Assembly (NCBI GenBank): GCA_963845755.1
Contig: CAWJTV010000019.1
Location: forward strand, 192,001-256,000
Length of the DNA stretch: 64,000 nt
Source of the DNA: an uncultured Planctomycetota bacterium
GTDB lineage: Bacteria > Planctomycetota > Planctomycetia > Isosphaerales > Isosphaeraceae
Direction: 5' to 3'
Shown: piece after piece, positions 57,131 through 64,000 of the stretch
Layout of the letters: every line of letters begins with the position of its first letter
Position numbering within the stretch: position 1 is the first letter of the stretch
The notes under the pieces: generated by a model
Told to the model about the DNA's origin: nothing
The model's input: only the letters and a program-made list of their open reading frames with translations
Databases searched by the model: none
Translations under genes and position numbers: made by a program

Positions 57131-58006
57131 GTGACGATCCCCGACGCGTCCGAGTCACCCCCCGGCTCCGCCCGCATCGCCGTCGCCATCCCATGCTTCA
57201 ACGAGGCGGCGGCGATCGCCATCGTGGTGGCGCAGTTCCGCGCGGTGTTACCGAGTGCCGAGATCGTGGTCTTCGATAATAACTCCACCGACGGCACTGG
57301 CGCGATCGCGCACGGGCTGGGTATTCGAGTGGTGAATGTCCCCGAGCAAGGCAAGGGGCACGCCGTCCGGGCCGCGTTCGCGGCCCTGGGGGACTTCGAG
57401 GTGCTGCTCCTGACCGACGGCGACGGCACCTACCCGGCCGAGGCCGCCCCGCTGCTGATCGCGCCGGTCCTCGAGGGCTCTGCCGACATGACCGTCGGCG
57501 CGCGCCAGCCCGCGCCCGGCGCCGGGGCGATGACCCTCACGCGCGGCGTGGGCAACCGATTGATCCGCGCGGCGTTCCGGCTGCTGATCGGGCCGGGAAA
57601 CACCGATCTCCTCTCCGGCTACCGCGCCTTCAGCCGTCGCTTCCGCACCGAGGTGACGTTGCGCTCCGAAGGCTTCGAGATCGAGACCGAACTGACCAGC
57701 GAGGCGGTCGCGCGCCGGCTCCGCGTCCTGGAGATCTCGATCCTCTATCATCCGCGAATCGCCGGCACCCAGAGCAAGCTTCGGGCCTACCGCGACGGCC
57801 TGAGGATCCTCGCGACGATCGTCGCGCAGAGCATTCGGCTGCGTCCTCATCGTACGATGTTGTTTGCGATCGTCCCGTGCGCGATCCTGGCGTTGACCGT
57901 CCACTGGGCATTCGCCGTCGCGGGCGGCCTGATCGTCATGACTCTGTGGAGCCTCTTCCTGATGGAGTTACGGTCGCGACCTCGGGGAAACACGATGAGC
58001 CGTTGA
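57131..58006 (+). CDS. Glycosyltransferase family 2 (DPM synthase-like) with C-terminal TM segments
   Basis: IPCFNEA; DNNSTDGT; GKGHAV; DGDGTYP; DLLSGYRAF; GFEIETE. Confidence 0.92.
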   Translation: MTIPDASESPPGSARIAVAIPCFNEAAAIAIVVAQFRAVLPSAEIVVFDNNSTDGTGAIAHGLGIRVVNVPEQGKGHAVRAAFAALGDFEVLLLTDGDGTYPAEAAPLLIAPVLEGSADMTVGARQPAPGAGAMTLTRGVGNRLIRAAFRLLIGPGNTDLLSGYRAFSRRFRTEVTLRSEGFEIETELTSEAVARRLRVLEISILYHPRIAGTQSKLRAYRDGLRILATIVAQSIRLRPHRTMLFAIVPCAILALTVHWAFAVAGGLIVMTLWSLFLMELRSRPRGNTMSR

Positions 58007-58018
58007 GGAAGGTCATAC

Positions 58019-58479
58019 ATGAACGATCTACCCCGGAAGTTGCCGATCTGGCCGGGAGCCCCGTCGGCCTCGAATCCGAAGAAGCACGTCGAGCAGCGAT
58101 ACGGCCCGGATTGCGCCATCGCCGCGGCTGCGACTATCACCGGGACCACGTACGACGAGGCCGCGTCGGTGGCGTTCTCGTTGCGTGAGGAGGGACTCGG
58201 CGGAATGCGCCTGACAACGTGATCAAGCTCCTGGAACGCCTTACGAATGTCCCCTGGCGCGTGATACCGGTTCTTCGTTCATGGATTCGGCTCTGCGAGA
58301 TGCCCTTCCCCAGCGAGCTGGTTCTCGCGACCATCGTTCACCCGTGGTGGCCCAAGGCCCATGCGATCGTCGTCCGCAGTCGAGTGGTGTACGACGGCTC
58401 TCTCCTGGAGCCTATATCTCCTCAGGATCATCCGCTCAAGAAATGGTATGTGGCCACGATAATCACTCGTGATCTGTAG
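58019..58479 (+). CDS. Small putative papain-like (C39-like) cysteine peptidase; frameshift near 58212
   Basis: EQRYGPDCAIAA (Q-x5-C) ... HAIVV ... VYD across ORFs 58019..58222 and 58219..58479. Confidence 0.5.
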
Positions 58480-58575
58480 AAGGAGCCAGGTTGGAAAGAA
58501 CTACACGGATGATTGAACACGGATTATCGAACACGAAATACACGAAAAAAGCCAGAGAGAGAGGAGTGAGGTGCG

Positions 58576-58953
58576 ATCGCCGACCTGATTTACAAGGATG
58601 AATCCTACAAGATCATGGGCGCCTGCTTCGAGGTCTACCAGACCCTCGGTCGCGGCTTCCTGGAGCCTGTCTACCAGGAATGCCTGGGAATCGAGCTCGC
58701 CGATCGAGGCGTACCATTCGTGCCCCAGCAGGAACTTCACCTTGTGTACAAGGGGCGAACCCTGAAGCAATTCTACAAGGCCGACTTTGTCTGCTATGAC
58801 AAGATCGTCATCGAGGTAAAAGCCGTGACCGAACTCTGCGATTCGCACCGCGCCCAGGCTTTCAACGACTTGAAGGCAACAGGTATGAGGCTCAGCATCC
58901 TCGTCAACTTCGGCGCTTATCCCAAGCTCGAGCATCATCGCATCGTATTCTAA
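58576..58953 (+). CDS. GxxExxY protein (PD-(D/E)xK nuclease fold)
   Basis: (M)ADLIYKDESYKIMGACFEVYQTLGRGFLEPVYQECL...ADFVCYDKIVIEVKA...NFG; the expected start reads ATC. Confidence 0.92.
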   Translation: MADLIYKDESYKIMGACFEVYQTLGRGFLEPVYQECLGIELADRGVPFVPQQELHLVYKGRTLKQFYKADFVCYDKIVIEVKAVTELCDSHRAQAFNDLKATGMRLSILVNFGAYPKLEHHRIVF

Positions 58954-59052
58954 TTTTGTCTTTTTTCGTGTATTTCGTGTATTTCGTGTTCAATATCTCT
59001 TCCTCGGTTCTTCCGACAGTGCTCGAGCCATGACGGAGAGGATCGCAATCCT

Positions 59053-62000
59053 ATGACCATTCGTCCTTGGGACCGGCGGCTCGTCCTGGTGGTGACGACG
59101 TTCGTGGTCTCGATCGCCCCCACGGCCCTCTGTGCCGCGATGCCCAAGGTGCCCGATGGCTTCAAGATCCGCCTGGTGGCCGCGGTTCCGGCCGTGCAGT
59201 TTCCCTGCCAGGTCGCGACGGCCCCCGATGGTTCGCTGTTCGTCGGCGAGGACCCGATGGACCAGGTCGGCCCGGCGAACAAGCCAATCGACCGCATCCT
59301 CCTGTTCCGCGACGGCAAGGAGCCGGTCGTCTTCGCCGACAAGTTGAACGCGATCTTCGGCATGGTCTGGCACGACGGGTCGCTCTACGTCATGAACATG
59401 CCCCACCTCACCGTGTTTCGTGACAAGGATGGCGACGGCAAGGCCGACGAGCGCAAGGAGCTGTTCACGGACCTGGGCGTCCCCGCCGGGTCACCCAACG
59501 ACTTCAACGACCACATCGTCTCGGGCCTGAAGATCGGCATCGATGGGTATCTTTATATCTCGGTCGGTGACAAGGGCGTCCCCAAGGCCACCGGTCCGGA
59601 CGGCCGCACGGTGCAGGTGAAGGGGGGCGGCACGCTCCGCTGCCGGCTCGACGGCACGGGGCTGGAGGTCTATTCCACCGGGACCCGCAATCACCTCGAG
59701 CCCAACCTCGACGACCGCGACAACCTCTTCACCTACGACAACACCGACGACGGCCTGGGCTGGTGGACCCGCGTGACCCATCACATCGACGGTGGCTATT
59801 ACGGCTATCCGTACGATTACCACAAACGGACCGACCGGATGCTCCCCCGGATGGCCGAGTACGGCGGCGGCTCGCCCTGTGGCGGCGTGTTCTACGGCGA
59901 GGACGTCTGGCCCGAGAAGTATCGCGGCCGCCTCTTCTGGGCCGAGTGGGGCAAGCGGGCCGTCCAGTCGTTCCGGTTCGCCCCCGACGGCGCGACGTTC
60001 AAGGTCGGCGACATGATCGACTTCATCGAGCCCGGCGACGTCGAGAGCTTCCGCCCGCTCGACCTGGCGCTCTCGCACGACGGCAAGACCCTCTACGTCG
60101 CCGACTGGTCGATGGGCGGCTGGAACAACAAGACCGAGAAGCTCGGCCGGGTCTACGCGGTGACTTACGAGAAGGCGGACACGGTCAAGACCCGCCCGCG
60201 CGGCAAGGACTCCGACCCGATCGAAGCCCAGATCAAGCAGCTCGATCATCCCTCGTACAACGAGCGGCGCCGGGCACAGACGGCCCTGATCCGGCAGGGC
60301 AAGGCCGCGCTCATCGCGGTCACCGACGCACTGGCGAAGCCCGCGACCGACCCGCTCGCCAAACGGCACCTGGTCTGGGTCACTCGACGCGATCGCCGGC
60401 GGCACGCCCGAGGCGACCTATCCCTTGATCGACGCCCTGAAATCACCGGTCGCCGACGTCCGCGCCCAGGCCGCCCGCGCCCTGGGCGAGCGCACCGTGC
60501 CGATCGCCCGCGAGCCGCTGGTCAACCTGCTCAAGGACCGCGAGCCCTCGGTCCGGCTCCAGGCGATCATCGCCCTCGGGCGGATCGGCCTGAGCGACTC
60601 AATCCCCTCCTTGATCCCACGGGTTGCCGACTCCGACGTCTTCCTCGCGTTTTCCGCACGCCAGGCCCTGCGGCGCATCGGCGACTGGCCGCGGGCGGCC
60701 AAGTGGCTCGATTCGCCCGATCCCAAGGTTCGCGCCGGGGTGTTGCTCGCCTTGGAGGGAGTCTATGACGAGGCGGCCGTCATGGCCCTGGATCAGCTGG
60801 AGCGGACACACGATGGATGAAAAGGTCCAGACGATCCGGTTCCTGGCCGAGGTCGCTCGCAAGGCGCCCCCGTGGGACGGCAAGTGGTGGGGCACGCAGC
60901 CGGCCAGCGGCAAGCCGCCGGCCAGGACGATCGACTGGAGCCAGACGCGTCGCGTGCTGAGGACGATCCGAGGCTGGGTGGAGATGAAGTCCTATCGCGA
61001 ACCGTACGCGTCCAGGGAGCTCCCTGTCCGGCTCGCCGCCGTGGAGGCGCTCGTCGAGATCAACGACCGGGAGTCGCTGCCGATGCTCCGATCCCAGTTC
61101 GCGGTTGAGAAGTACGTCACGGTCCGCCGCGCGATCGCCCTGGCCCTGGGGAAGCTGGCCGACAAGGAGGCGCTCGACATCCTGATCGCCGCGCTTCGCG
61201 ACCCGCGATCGCCCGAACCGGTCCGTGACGCCGCGCTCGAGGCCGTCGAGACCATCGGCACGGGCAAGGCCGTGACGGCGCTGTCCGACCTGCTGACCCG
61301 CCAGACGCTCAGCCCCGACCGTCAGCCGCGCGTCATCGCCGCGCTGGGACGGTTCAAGGACCCCGCCGCGGTGAAGCCCCTGCTCGCCTCGTTGAAGAAC
61401 CCGGCGGCGAAAGTGCGATCGTCCTCCGTCGACGCCCTGGTCGCCATCGCAAAGGTTCGGAAAGAGGCGCCCCGCGACGAGGTGAGCCGTTCCGTCCGCG
61501 GGCTCCTCGCCGATCCCGATGTCGCGGTCCGGCACCGCGCGATGGCCGCCGCAGCCGAGTTAAAGGATCGTGACGCGATCCCCGCGCTGCTGACCGCATC
61601 CGAGAAGCCCGAATCCCAGTTCGAGGCCGGCCTGGCCCTGGCCGCGATGCCGGATCTCCGCGCGTTGCAAGTCTACCTCCGCGGCCTGACCGACAAGAAC
61701 ACCGAGCTGCGCCGCGCCTCGGCCACCGCCATCGCCAACCTCCGCGATCAGGCGGCCCCGGTGCTCGACCAGCTCGCCCAGCGTCACGAGCTGGCCCCCG
61801 CGCTGGTGCCCGAGTTGCGTTCCATCTTCGCGGGTGTGAAGCCGATCACGGACTGGCGCGTCGTCGGCCCGTTCCCGATCGCCGCGGCGCCGGGCCTCGA
61901 CGCCTCGCGGCCGATCGATCCCAAGGCCGGCTTCGAAGGCGCCGGCGGGCGCCACCTGACCTGGCGGACCGTCAAGCCGGCCGATCCCCGCGGACAGGTC

Positions 62001-62804
62001 AACCTCGGACATACCTACAGCCACGACGACGACCTCGCAGCCTACGGCTATGCCGAGGTCCCGAGCCCCTCCGACCGGCAGGCCCAGATGGCCGTCGGCT
62101 CCGACGACACGCTGACCGTCTGGCTCAATGGCAAGGAGGTCTACCAGTACTCCGACCGTCGCGGGTTCGAACCCGAGCAGGCGCGGTTCGACGTGACGCT
62201 GAAAAAGGGGGTGAATCGCGTGCTGATCCGCTGCGGCAACCTCGGCGGACCATGGGCCTACGCCGTCGCCATCACGGCCCCGGCGGACTTCGCGTTCCTC
62301 AAGGCCCCGTCGGGCGCGGGCTTCAACCCCGAGGTCTATCGCGCCCTCGCGCTCAAGGGACAGGGTAACCCCGATCATGGCCGCAAGCTCTTCAGCGACC
62401 TGAAGGGCCTGGCATGCATCAAGTGCCACACCGTGGGCAAGGAGGGCGGCACCGTCGGGCCGGAGCTCTCGAGCATCGCGTCCAAGTATCCCCGCGACGA
62501 GCTGATCGCGTCCGTCCTGTATCCCTCGGCCAAGATCTCCTCGGGCTACGAGCCGATCGCACTGGCCCTCGACGACGGCCGCGTCCTCACCGGCATCGTC
62601 CGCAACGAGACCTCTGAGGCCCTCGAGATCCAGGACGCCGACGCCAGGACGATCCGCATCGCCAAGGATCAGATCGAGGATCGCAAGCGCAGCGACGTCT
62701 CCGTCATGCCCAACGGCCTGGCCCAGGGACTCAGCACCGGGGACTTTGCCGATCTGATCGCTTATCTGGAGACACTCAAGAATGCGGATGTCAAGAACAG
62801 GTAG
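59053..62804 (+). CDS. Second PVC-type heme-binding CxxCH protein; frameshifts near 60385 and 60810
   Basis: KVPDGF; DKDGDGKAD; GTRN; HEAT repeats; GSDDTLTVWLNG; CIKCH...VGPEL; SVMPNGL. Confidence 0.9.
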
Positions 62805-62879
62805 ATTCAGGTCGATCTGACAGGAACCGGCAGTCGCGATCAGGCCGCCGTGTTACACTCGAAGCCGCGCGACGTCCGA

Positions 62880-64000
62880 ATGTCCACGGATCGTGCGGCA
62901 TCGCCCTGTGTCCGCAACTCGGAGATCAATCTCGTGAATCCCGCCAACCCGGACCGCGGACCTGTACCCGACGCCGATTCCGGATCCGGGTCGAGAGCCG
63001 GCCCGGAAGCTTCCCGTCCAGCCGAGGTCCCGCCGACGTTCGACGCCGTGCCGCGCCGGGCGTGGGGCATCTTCGCGATGCTCTTCGCGATGCATCTCCT
63101 CGACTCGGCCGATCGCTGGCTGCCGACCGCGGTCCTGCCGCAGATCGATCAGGAGCTCGGGCTGTCGGCGGGCCAGGCGGGATGGCTGTTCAACGGTATT
63201 ACTCCTGGGTTTCGCCGTCGCCGGCCCGCCGATCGGCTATCTGGCCGACCGGTTGCGGCGGCCCCGGCTCCTGGCGCTGGGGTTCGCCCTCGAGAGCCTG
63301 GCGACGGTCGTTTCCGGCCTGGCGCGGACCTACGACCAGCTCCTCGGGGCCCGGGTGCTGGTCGGCGTCGGCTCGGCCACCTTCGTGGTCATCGCCCTGA
63401 CGTGGCTCATGGACCTGTTCCCCAGCCGGCTTCGCGGCCGGGTCCTGGCGAGCTTCTTCCTGGCAATGCCCCTGGGTGCGGTCCTCGTGATGGGCCTGGG
63501 CACGGCCTTCGTCAATTGGCAGACGGCGTTCCTGGCGGCCGGCGCGCCGGGGCTCTTGCTGGCCCTCCTGGCCCTCGCCATGCCCGAGCCCGTGCGCGGG
63601 TGGAGCGAGGGCATCGACATCCCCCGCTTGCGGCTCCACGAACAAGTGGGGCCCAGTCGCGAGGATTATGTCGACCTCATGGTCAACTCGTCGTACACGT
63701 ATTCCGTCTTCGGCATGGCGTTCGCGTCGTTCGCCATCGCGGGATGGGTCTACTGGCTCCCCACGTTCCTCACGCTGGTCAAGGGACTCAACGCGGAACA
63801 CCAGGTCGATCGCCTGCTGGGTGGGACCCTCCTGGCGGCGGCGATCCTGGGCATCGGCGTGGGCGGCTGGCTGGCCGACGCCTTCGCGATCCGCAGGCCC
63901 CGGCTGGTGTTCACACTGCCCGGACTGGCGATGCTGGGCTCGATCGTCTGCGTCCTGATCGCGATCCATGGTCGCGGTGTGCCCTGGGTCTTCGGTGGCA
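62880..64000 (+). CDS. MFS transporter (spinster-like), truncated by the window end; frameshift near 63190
   Basis: LLDSADRW...LPQIDQELGLS..QAGWL; GYLADRLRRPRLLA; ARVLVGVGSA; WQTAFLAAGAPG. Confidence 0.85.
   Translation, partial: MSTDRAASPCVRNSEINLVNPANPDRGPVPDADSGSGSRAGPEASRPAEVPPTFDAVPRRAWGIFAMLFAMHLLDSADRWLPTAVLPQIDQELGLSAGQAGWLFNGITPGFRRRRPADRLSGRPVAAAPAPGAGVRPREPGDGRFRPGADLRPAPRGPGAGRRRLGHLRGHRPDVAHGPVPQPASRPGPGELLPGNAPGCGPRDGPGHGLRQLADGVPGGRRAGALAGPPGPRHARARARVERGHRHPPLAAPRTSGAQSRGLCRPHGQLVVHVFRLRHGVRVVRHRGMGLLAPHVPHAGQGTQRGTPGRSPAGWDPPGGGDPGHRRGRLAGRRLRDPQAPAGVHTARTGDAGLDRLRPDRDPWSRCALGLRW

Noticed and set aside
23275..62804. Widespread pseudogenisation or programmed frameshifting
   Set aside because: Single-base indels are scattered through unrelated conserved genes without in-frame nonsense decay, which fits long-read error better; raw reads are needed to confirm

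Overview
High-GC Planctomycetota DNA, Isosphaeraceae-like. The evidence is a DUF1559 H-X9-DG prepilin, planctomycete extracellular-leader S53 proteases, PVC-type heme proteins, an extended ECF sigma factor and DUF1800/DUF1501. Many genes carry single-base frameshifts, probably long-read consensus errors, so gene models were stitched across frames by eye. Positions 1.4-29.8 kb (minus strand) hold a type IV filament (T4P/T2SS-like) cluster: pilB, pilT, a second pilB, pilC, five unusually large prepilins, a ~2,600-codon PilX-like gene and a DUF1559 pilin, interrupted by a Uma2-Uma2-four-helix-bundle islet. The right half holds purM, a class II cytochrome c, a lipoate ligase, two S53/Ig-repeat proteases, a Panacea TA pair, HtrA, a divergent secretin-like protein, an ABC-ATPase/TOPRIM pair, DUF1501/DUF1800, an ECF sigma factor, two PVC heme proteins, GT2, GxxExxY and an MFS transporter. 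The most unusual signal is non-coding. (i) Small genes (four-helix bundle, GxxExxY) are enclosed by inverted arrays of 7- or 9-bp tandem repeats, and several gene-less versions of the same architecture occur. (ii) Three MITEs share IS5-like ends and TNA target duplications but carry different REP cargo. (iii) Repeats lie in-frame inside the cleavable leader peptides of the prepilins. No rRNA, tRNA or CRISPR array was seen. All family assignments come from motif recognition, not database searches.
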